Positions 49,129-58,705 of a DNA stretch of 64,000 nucleotides are shown piece after piece. The stretch covers positions 103,292,001 through 103,356,000 of the forward strand of contig NC_043004.1 in assembly GCF_006345805.1 (NCBI RefSeq). The letters run 5' to 3'. Within the stretch, counting starts at the first letter, position 1. Each line of letters begins with the position of its first letter. Source of the DNA: Octopus sinensis. Lineage: Eukaryota. Below the pieces are notes generated by a model. It was not told where the DNA came from. It did not search any database and saw only the letters and a program-made list of their open reading frames with translations. The position numbers were made by a program, and so were the translations under genes.

Positions 49129-49458
49129 TTTTACAGCATCCATCTTTTTCTTCCATGTCTCTCAATTTTGTTTACCTACGTAATTATCTTCTTTCTCCTT
49201 GTACGTTTTACATCATGAATCAAAATTTTGATCGTAAATCACTGAATACAAAATAAATCGATTCAATGTTTTTAAATCATTATCCAATGTTTACGTCATA
49301 GATAAATGTGTGCGTCATAACTGCTTAAATCAATGTTGTTGTTTTTTTTTCATCTTTACAGTTTACGGATTGCTGTGAACAGAACACATCAGCCAGAAGA
49401 TATCGACAAAGTGGTTAATGTCTTGCGAGCAGCCACCAAGGAGATTCTATCGCTATAA
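10575..49458 (+). CDS. SPTLC1: Serine palmitoyltransferase long chain base subunit 1-like, spliced CDS of 13 exons; first coding exon not securely identified
   Basis: join(10575..10676,11897..12000,12532..12625,19582..19654,22990..23122,25462..25591,27181..27378,29123..29218,31514..31610,34265..34319,36754..36871,44877..44950,49362..49458) = 1371 nt. All introns GT..AG, phases compatible, no internal stop. Motifs: [58 protein letters not shown]. Asn (DLEN) sits at the position of the PLP-binding Lys, and there is no PLP-stacking His (DMGASF), so this is the SPT1-type subunit, not SPT2. Confidence 0.95.
11294..11328 (-). ncRNA. Minimal hammerhead motif (U4>C variant) within a repeat at about 11195..11410
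   Basis: Minus strand: GTTT-CCGACGA-A-GAGC(TCC)GCTC-GAAAC-GTT^-AAAC. Confidence 0.6.
11897..12000 (+). CDS. SPTLC1: SPTLC1-like exon: [35 protein letters not shown]
   Basis: ttctag|GAA ... GG|gtaaat, 104 nt. Matches human [22 protein letters not shown]. Confidence 0.95.
12532..12625 (+). CDS. SPTLC1: SPTLC1-like exon: [31 protein letters not shown]
   Basis: ttgcag|A ... GAA|gtaaga, 94 nt. NGKECINxAxFNFLGL motif. Confidence 0.96.
12775..13259 (-). mobile_element. 5'-truncated RTE-type LINE 3' end inserted in a (CATA)n microsatellite
   Basis: Stop-free C-terminus ...[36 protein letters not shown]...FAGHC...DREVWR...VEQ* followed by a (TGA)4 tail; (CATA)n on both sides. Confidence 0.88.
13260..13700. 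repeat. (CATA)n microsatellite; continues at 12664..12775 on the other side of the RTE fragment
   Basis: Direct reading. Confidence 0.97.
13918..14307 (-). mobile_element. tRNA-derived SINE, family C (head H1 + tail T1)
   Basis: Pol III A/B-box-like head GGAGGCGCAATGGCCCAGTGGTTAGG...GTTTCGATTCCC. 14-bp TSD CTCTAACAGCAGGA (13904-13917, 14308-14321). Confidence 0.92.
14885..15203. repeat. Dispersed repeat ending in a short (CCCTAA)n run; inverted partial copy at about 54640..54795
   Basis: CGGATCTTTTC...TTCGTATACTGGTAGAATGTG...TTCTCTTGGCTTT is shared between the two loci. Confidence 0.65.
15890..16150 (+). mobile_element. Second R4/Dong RT fragment
   Basis: Broken-frame [47 protein letters not shown], homologous to the RT motif at about 1290-1420. 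Confidence 0.7.
17680..18720 (-). mobile_element. Decayed RTE (BovB-like) LINE fragment
   Basis: [24 protein letters not shown] and [28 protein letters not shown], with stops and frameshifts. Confidence 0.8.
19582..19654 (+). CDS. SPTLC1: SPTLC1-like exon: [24 protein letters not shown]
   Basis: tttcag|AAG ... G|gtaagg, 73 nt. [14 protein letters not shown] identical to human, including C133. Confidence 0.97.
20036..20071 (+). ncRNA. Penelope-type minimal type I hammerhead ribozyme motif (A6>U variant) within a dispersed repeat at about 19960..20170
   Basis: CTTT-CTGTCGA-A-GAG(CGTAGA)CTC-GAAAC-GTC^-AAAG: helix I CTTT/AAAG, helix II GAG/CTC, palindromic ACGT helix III. Confidence 0.6.
21812..22050 (+). 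mobile_element. tRNA-derived SINE family B (Meta-domain-like; resembles octopus OR-type SINEs). Other copies: 6512..6749(-), 17145..17370(+), 20793..21188(+, dimer), 25635..26033(+, dimer), 29270..29470(+), 32610..33080(-), 37100..37312(-), 45085..45299(-), 45675..45905(+), 55333..55564(+), 58823..59053(+)
   Basis: AAGGCGGCGAGCTGGCAGAA..GTTAGC...GTTCAAATTCCGCC head plus GCCTTTCATCCTTTCGGGGTCGATAAA.TAAGTACCAG core. The 45675 copy has an 18-bp TSD ATATATTAATGATTTCGA. Confidence 0.92.
22990..23122 (+). CDS. SPTLC1: SPTLC1-like exon: [44 protein letters not shown]
   Basis: caacag|AT ... TG|gtaagt, 133 nt. Confidence 0.95.
25462..25591 (+). CDS. SPTLC1: SPTLC1-like exon: [44 protein letters not shown]
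   Basis: tcacag|T ... CAA|gtaagt, 130 nt. SRS..F.HNDM motif. Confidence 0.96.
27181..27378 (+). CDS. SPTLC1: SPTLC1-like exon (human exons 8+9 as one): [66 protein letters not shown]
   Basis: cacacag|AAC ... TCA|gtaagt, 198 nt. Confidence 0.97.
27843..28265. repeat. About 420-bp imperfect foldback (palindromic MITE-like) in an SPTLC1 intron
   Basis: Arms about 75% complementary by eye; perfect 13-bp inner arms CCTTAAATATTTT/AAAATATTTAAGG. Confidence 0.85.
29123..29218 (+). CDS. SPTLC1: SPTLC1-like exon: [32 protein letters not shown]
   Basis: ctgtag|ATA ... CAG|gtatat, 96 nt. Aligns to human [32 protein letters not shown]. Confidence 0.93.
31112..31335. repeat. 224-bp near-perfect palindrome, TA-flanked (mariner-type palindromic MITE-like)
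   Basis: 109-bp arms with about 5 mismatches and no indels; loop AAGCTA at 31221-31226. Confidence 0.93.
31514..31610 (+). CDS. SPTLC1: SPTLC1-like exon: [32 protein letters not shown]
   Basis: ttccag|AGA ... G|gtaagt, 97 nt. GY..SAS.PPL motif. Confidence 0.95.
34265..34319 (+). CDS. SPTLC1: SPTLC1-like exon: [18 protein letters not shown]
   Basis: ttgcag|AA ... GA|gtaagt, 55 nt. Size and phase (1 to 2) are those required by the neighbouring exons. Confidence 0.88.
34697..35170. repeat. Mixed (CA)n/(CATA)n microsatellite
   Basis: Direct reading. Confidence 0.96.
35186..35469 (-). mobile_element. Chimeric SINE: family C head (H1) + family D V-like tail (T2)
   Basis: Minus strand reads ...CCACAACTTTGTCTCACTCTT (C-like), then TGCGATGGATCAGCATCCCGTCCAGGTGGGGAACC (D-like), then an A-tail. 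Confidence 0.8.
36754..36871 (+). CDS. SPTLC1: SPTLC1-like exon: [40 protein letters not shown]
   Basis: ttttag|T ... TTT|gtaagt, 118 nt. Aligns to human [39 protein letters not shown]. Confidence 0.93.
38168..38592 (+). mobile_element. SINE family A, full length
   Basis: Collinear with the 3305 copy; shorter internal microsatellite. Confidence 0.9.
39849..39907 (+). promoter_or_regulatory. Candidate promoter of the nested actin: two CCAAT boxes and a TATA-like element
   Basis: CCAAT at 39849-39853 and 39878-39882 (AACCAATCAG), TATAATA at 39901-39907, about 110-170 bp upstream of the ATG. Confidence 0.4.
40016..41146 (+). CDS. Divergent actin / actin-like protein, 376 aa, single-exon ORF nested in SPTLC1 intron 36872..44876
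   Basis: Uninterrupted ORF with [32 protein letters not shown] and IVHRKCF*. About 87 differences from beta-actin in 375 positions (manual count). Confidence 0.97.
   Translation: MSNDDFTALIVDNGSGISKAGFAGANSPCVVFPSIVGRPRHQSTMVGMAHKDFYVGNEAQNKRGILSLKYPIEHGVVTNWDDMEKIWEYTFYNELHVSPEEQPILLTESPLNPKVNREKMTEIIFETFKASAMYVAVQSVLSLYASGRTLGTVIDSGDGVTHTVPVYEGYGLPHAVNRLNLAGHDLTDYLEKIITERGYLFTTSAEREIVRDVKEKLCYVAADFEEELVTAATSASHEKSYELPDGQIITIGNEMFRCPESLFQPSFLGMESDGIHRITYDSIMKCDVDIRKDLFANIVLSGGSTMFPGIAERMHKEITSFNLGTSKVKIDAPPARKYSAWIGGSILASFSSFQQMWIEKEEYIDSGPSIVHRKCF
42398..42632 (-). mobile_element. tRNA-derived SINE: H2-like head with a third tail type (T3)
   Basis: Minus strand: GGTTAGAGCGTCGAGC...GTTCGAATCCGGACCGGG, then TTCACGTTGCTCCAGTTCACTCAGCTG, then an unrelated tail. 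Confidence 0.75.
43229..43600 (-). mobile_element. Non-autonomous Helitron, same family as 53473..53857
   Basis: Reverse complement matches the 53473 copy end to end; CTAG terminus at 43229-43232. Confidence 0.8.
44877..44950 (+). CDS. SPTLC1: SPTLC1-like exon: [24 protein letters not shown]
   Basis: ttgcag|GCT ... AG|gtgaga, 74 nt. Aligns to human [24 protein letters not shown]. Confidence 0.92.
45675..45905 (+). mobile_element. SINE family B with 18-bp TSD
   Basis: ATATATTAATGATTTCGA at 45657-45674 and 45906-45923. Confidence 0.92.
46098..46417 (+). mobile_element. Chimeric, older SINE: family D head (H2) + family C tail (T1)
   Basis: TTGTGTCCTTGAGCAAGACACTTTATTTCAC...CACTCAGCTGGCAAAA joined to ACCTGTATTTCACAG...GTCGTTGTAACCGAAGAAGTGCC. 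Confidence 0.75.
47978..48823. mobile_element. pogo-like MITE with TA TSD, interrupted by a SINE in its right TIR
   Basis: Left end TA|CCGTAAATCCTCGAGTATAATCCGC. Right end GCGGACTATACTCGAG[SINE]GATTTACG(A)|TA. Confidence 0.8.
48422..48805 (+). mobile_element. SINE family C
   Basis: Near-identical to the 13918 copy. TSD ATACTCGAGG (48412-48421, 48806-48815). Confidence 0.92.
49362..49458 (+). CDS. SPTLC1: SPTLC1-like last coding exon: [32 protein letters not shown]
   Basis: ttacag|T ... TAA, 97 nt. Aligns to human [31 protein letters not shown]. Confidence 0.93.
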
Positions 49459-49592
49459 ACACATACACACACAAAAAGAGACATACATATATGCATACAT
49501 ACATGCAAACATATATATATATATACTGTTGATATCATAATGCTATAAACTTTTGAGAGAACGTGAAATAATTTTGTTGGGGAACACTGGAG

Positions 49593-49829
49593 CTCGAAGC
49601 ACACAACATAATGCTATAGAAAATAGCATGTAGATATTGGGTTGAAAAACCCTTTTTGATCGAAAAGGTCGAAGGCTGTCCATGCGAAATCGAACCCACA
49701 TCTCCTGTCGTGTCTATAAAAGGTGTGGGTTCGAATCCCAAGGGCAGCCTTCGACTTTCCTATCCAAAAGGGATTTTCAACCCAATATTTACGTGCTATT
49801 ATCTATAGCTTTATGTGATGTGCTTCGAG
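49593..49829. repeat. About 237-bp imperfect palindrome starting 135 nt after the SPTLC1 stop
   Basis: Arms CTCGAAGCACAC...CCCACATCT and AGGTGTGGG...GTGCTTCGAG, about 80% complementary by eye. Confidence 0.88.
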
Positions 49830-52066
49830 ATCCTGTTCTGTTATATACTTTCATATACGTGTGAAAAAGTCTTCTTGGTTATCTTCAAGACGTGGAGACA
49901 TACCATGATCTCTCACTACTTTATATTTCAGTGCAGGAAATAATGGACATGATAGAACTCGTTGTTGTGGAAACAGAAATTATAAAATGTTTACCATGGA
50001 AACAACGCTAGTGACGGACTAATTTTCTCAGTGAACTAGGAGCACATTTCATCATCATTAATTTTAATTTTTACTATGGCAGTGGATGGGCCAAATCAAC
50101 TGAACGTTGGACGAAATAATTTGTATTTAGTCTCATTACGTTCTGAGTTCAAATCCCACAGAATTTGCCTTTCATCATTCCGAAATCAATAAAATAAAGA
50201 ACCAGTGCAGTGCTGGCTTCAATTTAATTGACAATATCTTCCCTCCAAAATTTGATTTTTTTTTTTTTTTTTTTCCAATATCAGAATCGTTAGCACACAG
50301 GGCAAAATGCTTAGCGCAATTTCATGTCTTTACGTTTTGCGTTCAAATTCCGCCCAGGTCGACTTTGTCTTTCCTGCTTTCGGGGTCGATAACGTAAATA
50401 CCAGTTGATGCAATCGACTTAACCCCTCTCCCAAAATTGCTGACCTTGTGCCAAAATTTGAAACCAATATTAGAAATCAGTGTACAGAAATTCCCAAGGT
50501 CGTCATTGACTGTCATCTTATTGGGGTAACGAGAATTTTTTTTTTTTTTTCAGTTTCTGCGCTTTATATTCTGTGTTCAATTCTTCCTGCGGTCAACTTT
50601 ACCCTTTGTCTTTCCAAGGTCGATAAAATAAAAATTCTAGTCAAGTCGGAAAAATAAAAAAATTATAGCATGAAACTTATATCAGGCTTGACCCGAGAGT
50701 GAAACAGAATTTCTAAACCTTAAAAGAAATTCCACGTTTTTAATAGACAGATTGCTTTTAGAGCGTTCTCATAGATCATCGCACCGATAAATTTCAGATA
50801 AACACCGTCCTGATAAGTATGAAAATAGTTTAGCTAAACTTTAGTTATATGTGCAATATAAAATCAACACAAAGCGCAAAGTTAATCTGACAAGAATCCA
50901 TAGGTACAAGAATTGGAATCGATATGATATGAAAATAACCAACTTACTACATTTGAGACCTTGTGCCTAGGTCAGAAAACAATTTGATTGATCCACCTGA
51001 TATTGAAAGTCGGTGGTTAGGAGTAAAAAGATGAGCAGGAGAGTGGTTATGAAAATGCTTGAGTTGTAAATGTAATAAACTACTGCGCCGTTTCAAATAC
51101 GTGAACTGTGTATTCTTTTGAGGGTTGACTTTCGTTTGTTTTAAAATAACTAGGTCTCTATTCGTCACTACACTGCCGGTAAAAAAATTCGTTAATCATG
51201 CACGTACCTTCTTATAAAAGTAGGCTGTTATATAGTGAAAGTCTCGTTAGTTACTATGGTAACAACACATTACTTATCTCTCTCTTTCTCAACAACCACC
51301 TGTCATAGTAAAAGTATTTTTTTAAAGAGTCTGTTGCCGTGTCTATGTTGAATAACACAGGCGCTAACGCGTGACCAAAACAATAACTATATTGTTATAG
51401 AGTGAAAGTTTTAAGCCTGTGTTGCATTGTGTTCACAGACTTGCACTTAAAATTCTCGTGTTTTTAATCAAAACTTGTTAGCTTCTATGCTGGCAACGCT
51501 ACCTATCTATCTTTCACACACACACACTCACTGTCTATTTAACTGTATTTCTCTCTCAACTTCAACAACTTTCCTCCTCCCCTGCCTCCACATATATTTT
51601 GTGACGAGGATCTGCTTCTCTTTTATAATATAAGATTTCCAGTGAAATAGAAGCTGTTCAAGACCAGAAATTATAATTTGCTCGCTCGAAAATATAACCC
51701 ATCTTCTGTGACATATTCTTGGTTTAAAGGGAGGAACGTGTGGTTAGAAGTCAGTTAATACTATTGTAAAGGATATAATTTCCACAGTAAAAAAAAAATT
51801 TTATCACTAGTGCTTACTAAAAGGTTATTTTAATAGATTAAGAATCTCTTTATCTATAAACGAGCTGTCACTAAGGACACTATCAGGTGATGCATTATTG
51901 CGTTACAATGACATGTGAATTAAGAATGCACTTTCTTATCAGGTGCATTTCTGAAGAGCACTAAACATGAAACGTTCTTTTGTTAGGTAAGCATGTATAG
52001 GTTTTGCATGCTTATCCGACTTAGAATGAGTTACCTAAATGTAACACGAGTACAGTTGACTTATGT

Positions 52067-52455
52067 GGTGGAAGCACTCCGTCGGTTACGACGACGAGGG
52101 TTCCGGTTGATCCGAATCAACGGAACAGCCTGCTCGTGAAATTAACGTGTAAGTGGCTGAGCACTCCACAGACACGTGCACCCTTAATGTAGTTCTCGGG
52201 GATATTCAGCGTGACACAGAGAGTGACAAGGCCGGCCCTTTGAAATACAGGTACAACAGAAACAGGGAGTAAGAGTGAGAGAAAGTTGTGGTGAAAGAGT
52301 GCAGCAGGGATCACCACCACCCCCTGCCGGAGCCTCGTGGAGCTTTTAGGTGTTTTCGCTCAATAAACACTCACAACGCCCGGTCTGGGAATCGAAACCG
52401 CGATCCTATGACCGCGAGTCCGCTGCCCAAACCACTGGGCCATTGCGCCTCCACC
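52067..52455 (-). mobile_element. SINE family C
   Basis: TSD TGACTTATGT (52057-52066, 52456-52465). Confidence 0.92.
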
Positions 52456-53472
52456 TGACTTATGTACAACTGTGCACTAACAATACATTCTAATACTTTA
52501 GCTTCACACCTGAAACCCTTTGTAACTTTATACCTGCTTATCATTTTGTCCCAACCAGCAGCTCACAAGAATTTGATTCGAACATTAACCTCCATAGTTA
52601 TCTCTACCACCCACTGCAGAAATGTCGACAGATACTATAAACATTCTCCGCCTCGTCATGTTAACAAATGAAACAAGTATAATGACTGTACAGTTTATTC
52701 ATCTATCTGTGTCAAAGTTCATGACAGACATTCTCATTCTCGTGTGGCATGATTATGAAGCAATGCTACATTCAAAATATTGATCTTAGCTCTAATTATT
52801 GCTTGTTAGGTAACAACGATATATAATGAAAGGAATCAAATTAAGAGAATGTTTTATTAATATCTTAAATAAAAACATGACCATCACAGTATCTTGTCTT
52901 CCTCTGCTAAAGTATAGAACCTTTGTTTTTAGTTAATCAGCAACCAATATTTAATACAATGACTAATCATCGAGAGAGTCTGCCTGGTCACTCGACTGAT
53001 TAGAAAATATCAACAAAATCTCCCTCAATTCGCCTTACTTAAAGAAAATATATTCAATAATGCCTTCCGAGATAAATTGGGCTTATGAAAAAACGTGAGT
53101 TAATAACGGTTATAATACGGTTTATTATAAAGATAGTTGTATCGTGAACGACCTTGGCCTAAAACCAAAAGTTGTTGACCTGAAAGTTTAATCTTTCAAA
53201 ATGTTGAATGTCTGTCATCTCTCTACTTTTCAACCTTTACATTGTTCAGAAATGTAAAAATTAAAATTATTACAAAAGATTACACTCAATTTATATCAGT
53301 TTTGTTGATAAACTCCCCATAATATCAAAAGGTTGAATCAATTATTAAACAACTGGTAGCCTTTGTCTTAGCAATTCACTTCATAATCGTAATTTGTAAA
53401 AAAAAAAACAAGTAAAAAGACTGGAAGTGATGTACAGTTGACCGAGATGATAGACATTTCATGCTCAACTTA

Positions 53473-53857
53473 TCTCTCTCTATATAAACGGCAGTTTGTC
53501 TGTCTGCGTGTCTGTGTGTCTGTTAGGTTGTACCCTCACCTTGACCACGGCTTTCAACCGATTCTGATGAAACTTGACACACACATAGCCCAATGTCATA
53601 ATTCAAAACTAACGCAGCGAAAATTTTGAAAAGTTCCCCCAGTTCTAAAAAAAATCGATAAATTCGACATGGGGTCGAGAATCAGAAACACAAACCACAG
53701 ACTGTCTAGGGGACGCAACTCGACCTTTTTAACTCTCAAAAAAAAAATTTACCATTTTTTCCCCCAATTTTTTTGCTATTTTTTGGCTATAACTCTCTAA
53801 AAATGCTTTATAGTTATTTCCCTTACAAACCCGAACAACGCCGGGCGATACTGCTAG
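53473..53857 (+). mobile_element. Non-autonomous Helitron
   Basis: A|TC 5' end, CCCG..CGGG subterminal hairpin, CTAG|T 3' end, no TSD. Confidence 0.8.
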
Positions 53858-54946
53858 TACTTTATATTAATAAAGATCCCCGAAATGTCCTTTTGTGTGG
53901 ACTCAGCAAACTGGTCTCTTTCAACAGCGCCAAAACGGTCACTACACATATCGGTGAAATACTCTTCTAATATTACACCCTCGCTGCAACCGTTCGGCCT
54001 CTTAAATCTCTGATCCTCTCTGACAGTGACCTCATATATATAACTGCTTCTAAAGGCTAGTTTTATTTTCGCAACCAGCTATATACAAATTGACCATTTA
54101 CAAGGTTCAAATGTGATCGACACATCTAAGACCGAAGTTATTGTTCTATGCACAAGCATCTAATACTTTCTCCAAAACAAAACAAAAAAAAAACGTAATC
54201 CAGGTGTGTTGATAAAAGTTCACTTCTTACATAATCATTGGCACAAATAAATATCGTATCCTCTGTCTGTGTTTTCTAACGTTTCTACAACGATAGAAGA
54301 CATAGATCTGAACTACTAGGCTGTGGTACCACCTCTAGAGGTAGAGGTGGTACTTTAGAGGTGGTACTTTATTATTCAGCCTCTCCTCCTTTCGACATCT
54401 TTACATTCTTAATGTGTCCAATCCACAAACCTAACACAAAATTAATTGATCGTATGCATGCTGACTGGCTGACTGATTGATTGATCGATTGGTTAATTGA
54501 TTGATTGACTAATTGAACATACTGAAGAATTTTTATGTTTGTTTTTAGAAAGATAAATGTACTTATATTATTTAAAAACTCCGAAATATTATCATAAATG
54601 TACTTATATCATCATTTAAAACTGCCGAAATGCAAGAAATTAAACAAGAAATAGCTTACAAACTACAGAATTTTCTCAAGAAAGCCAAGAGAAAAAGATG
54701 TTTTATGTAACACATTCTACCAGTATACGAAGTTTAAAAGTGTTTAGTTACAAAATAATTATTTTAAAAATCTGCCGGTCAAAGCGAAAAGATCCGAGCA
54801 TTTTATCATAGATCAGCTCGACTGGAGCTGACTCGGGGATGAACAACAGCAGCTGTGGTGAAACATAGATCTTGCTCGGTAGCAAGAAAATATTTGTATC
54901 ACCACGCATATAAACTGTCATTTAGTAACTTGGTATTTTGTTACTT

Positions 54947-55318
54947 AGTGGAGGCGCAATGGCCCAGTGGTTAGGGCAGCGGACTCGCGGTTTCGATTCC
55001 CAGACCGGGCGTTGTGAGTGTTTATTGAGCTAAAACACCTAAAGCTCCACGAGCCTCCGGCAGGGATGGTGGTGATCCCTGCTGCACTCTTTCACCACAA
55101 CTTTCTCTCACTCTTACTTCCTGTTCTGTTGTACCTGTATTTCAAAGGGCCGGCCTTGTCACTCTCTGTGTCACGCTGAATATCCCCGAGAACTACGTTA
55201 AGGGTGCACGTGTCTGTGGAGTGCTCAGCCACTTACACGTTAATTTCACGAGCAGGCTGTTCCGTTGATCGGGTCAACCGGAACCCTCATCGTCGTAACC
55301 AACAGAGTGCTTCCATAC
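54947..55318 (+). mobile_element. SINE family C
   Basis: TSD ATTTTGTTACTT (54935-54946, 55319-55330). Confidence 0.9.
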
Positions 55319-55874
55319 ATTTTGTTACTTCCAGGGTGGTGAGCTGGCAGAATCGTTAGCACGCCGGGCGAAATGCGTAGCCGTATTTCGTCTGCCGTTA
55401 CGTTCTGAGTTCAAATCCAGCCGAGGTCGACTTTGCCTTTCATCCTTTCGGGGTCGATAAATTAAGTACTAGTTATGTATTGGGGTCGATATAATCGACT
55501 TAATCAGTTTGTCTGTCTTTGTCCTCTCTGTGTTTAGCCCCTTGTGGGTAGTAAAGAAATAGGTATTTTGTTACTTCCTCTCATCCCCCCCCTCTCTCTC
55601 TCTCTGCAACAACCTGCGTGTTAACATATTTTTATATGAGTTAATAGAGAAGCCTGTACTATGCGGTCCCTCAATCTATTAGAAGTAACAATCAAATCTT
55701 TCTCAAACCACACCCTTCGGTCTTAAAAAATTACCAAGAAGGTTATATGGAAAAATGTAGCTGTATATATACAAGAAGACGATAGTGTCGTGACTGAATG
55801 CCTTTGACCATAGGTCTGTTTGATTAAGGCCAACCTGGATCTGAACTATATGTGTTCGAGGAGAATGAATGCTT

Positions 55875-56483
<609 letters not shown>

Positions 56484-56888
56484 AAATTAGTAATGCAATA
56501 CGAGAGTATGCCTTTCCAGTAAAGGATAGCCCGTGAGGGAAAATTATATATAGAAGTAAATATATATAGAAGTAAATATCGGTACTTCGTTGTGCCATAT
56601 ATTTACTTCTATATATATCTTCAGTCAAGAACCGGATCATCCTAGCAATTTCGGCTGATTAATCTTGAGATCGCTCCGATCCGGCCAGCCCCAAGGAAAA
56701 ACTAAGCTACGAGCATTAGATTTCTTGTAAGAAGGATCGAATGTATACGAAACAGGGACAGAAAAACGGACGATGCCACACGAATATAAAATACAAAAAA
56801 CAATAATGGTAAAAACAGGACAAAAACAGCGGGTGTCTTACGACTGATAAACAGTACAAGTTTAGCTGGCGTATTATATATATATATA

Positions 56889-57396
56889 CTAGCAGTATCG
56901 CCCGGCGTTGCTCGGGTTTGTAAGGGAAATAACTATATAAGCATTTTTAGAGAGTTACTTCCCTTATAAATTCGGGCTTTCTTAGCCATTTTTGTTTTGG
57001 TGTCTTCAAGCCATGAAGTCGTTGTTCTAAAAGAACGCTGGTTTCCTTCACAACGCATTACGACGTTGATTTCTTTACACTCCCTTCCCCACACATCTTC
57101 ACGGGGGAGGGAAGGGGGAGAAGCAAACAGGTGCAGCTGTGAGCGTGGACGCCAACTCCGCCGCCATCGACATACGATGCATTTTATGCATTAAAATGGA
57201 ATAAAAAATGATGTTAAATTATTTTTAAAATCGTAGACTCATCGTTGACGCGCGCTAATAGTCAGACGGGCTCGATGTGAATCACGACTATAAGATACCC
57301 GAATTTGATTAAACTGCACCGCAAAATGTGGGAGGAGTTAGGAATCTAAATCGAAGGGGACAGACACTCACACAACTAGAGTTTTATATATATAGA
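56889..57396 (-). mobile_element. Non-autonomous Helitron subfamily with the same 3' end and a different body
   Basis: Shares CTAGCAGTATCGCCCGGCGTTGCTCGGGTTTGTAAGGGAAATAACTA; ends TATATAGA|T. A further 3'-end copy starts at about 25081. Confidence 0.72.
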
Positions 57397-58166
57397 TAAA
57401 ATCCATTTCGTCTGTCTGTCTGTTTGTGCGCTTTTAACTCGAGTATTGTTCATCCGATCGCGCTGAAATTTTAAACATGGAAACATGAGAGAGCTGGGCG
57501 TTCTGTAATTTAGTTTCAAAGTAAGAATCGCTATTTTTGTAATCTTTAATGTCCTGTTTATTCCCCCATTAAAACAACCAGTTTCTCACACAGCCGGCAC
57601 ATACCATTTCACTAGCAACAAGGGGAGTACAAGATGACAGTCAGCCAAAACCATCGCAATGCTGTCTCTCTTCTTTCTTCTCTCTGTTGGGTTAATAATC
57701 TTAATCTTTAGTTACAATTTCTCATTCAAACTACATAAAGGCAGAATTGTCCGATTAAGACAGTAGGGTGTTTTGAGACAGATTTGGTTGATATTTCTAC
57801 CAAGTCTAGCTACCTTGTAGAGGTCTGCCTCATTGATATTATATATTCCTTATGCTTTCCAAAACCGAGTTACAGATTTTGACATATGGGGTATCAAAAG
57901 ATTCAGTACTATTTCGGCTACAAATTAAACTTAATTTTCATTCACATATTTGCATTTCAAAAATGTAACATTCTAATCTTTTCCATAAATCAACTATCGT
58001 AAAAATTTTATACGATGACGTCACATTTTCTATGTGTGTGTACCTTAAAAGACATCAATCATCACGACACACACCTTCACTCACTCACTCTTTCTCTTTT
58101 TCACACTCTCTTTCTCCCTCTCTCTCTCACGCACGCACGCACGCACACACACACACACACGCACAC

Positions 58167-58217
<51 letters not shown>

Positions 58218-58521
58218 GTCAATTTCCTATAGACGTACATACATCTTTCACTTTCTTTCTCTGTTCTTTTTATCTTCTTTCAATTTCTGCTCTCTTCAAA
58301 TAACATTTTTACGGATACAACTGCTTACAAAAATTGGGATTAATGTATAATTTCTTTCTATGTTCATAATTTTTTGTTTACAATATTGAGGAAAATATAC
58401 CACCGAAGAAAAGACGTAATCTCTCCAGAAACAAGTATAAAGTAAGGAGGATTGTAGAAAACCGAACGCGAAAGTCTGAAGAGAGAAGCTAGATGAGATT
58501 TTCTCAACATCAGCAAATATA

Positions 58522-58566
<45 letters not shown>

Positions 58567-58670
58567 TAATATATATAGTCAATCCAAACAAGAACAATCA
58601 AGATAAAACAACAACACGAGGAGGTGGAACAAGGGCTGTGTTACTGGACGCTCAGGAAAGAAAAGAAAAG

Positions 58671-58705
58671 AATTCACGTTTCGAGCGGAGTTCTTCGTCA
58701 GAAAT
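58671..58705 (-). ncRNA. Minimal hammerhead motif (intact CUGACGA core, H17=G) within a repeat at about 58575..58745
   Basis: Minus strand: ATTT-CTGACGA-A-GAAC(TCC)GCTC-GAAAC-GTG-AATT. Confidence 0.5.
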
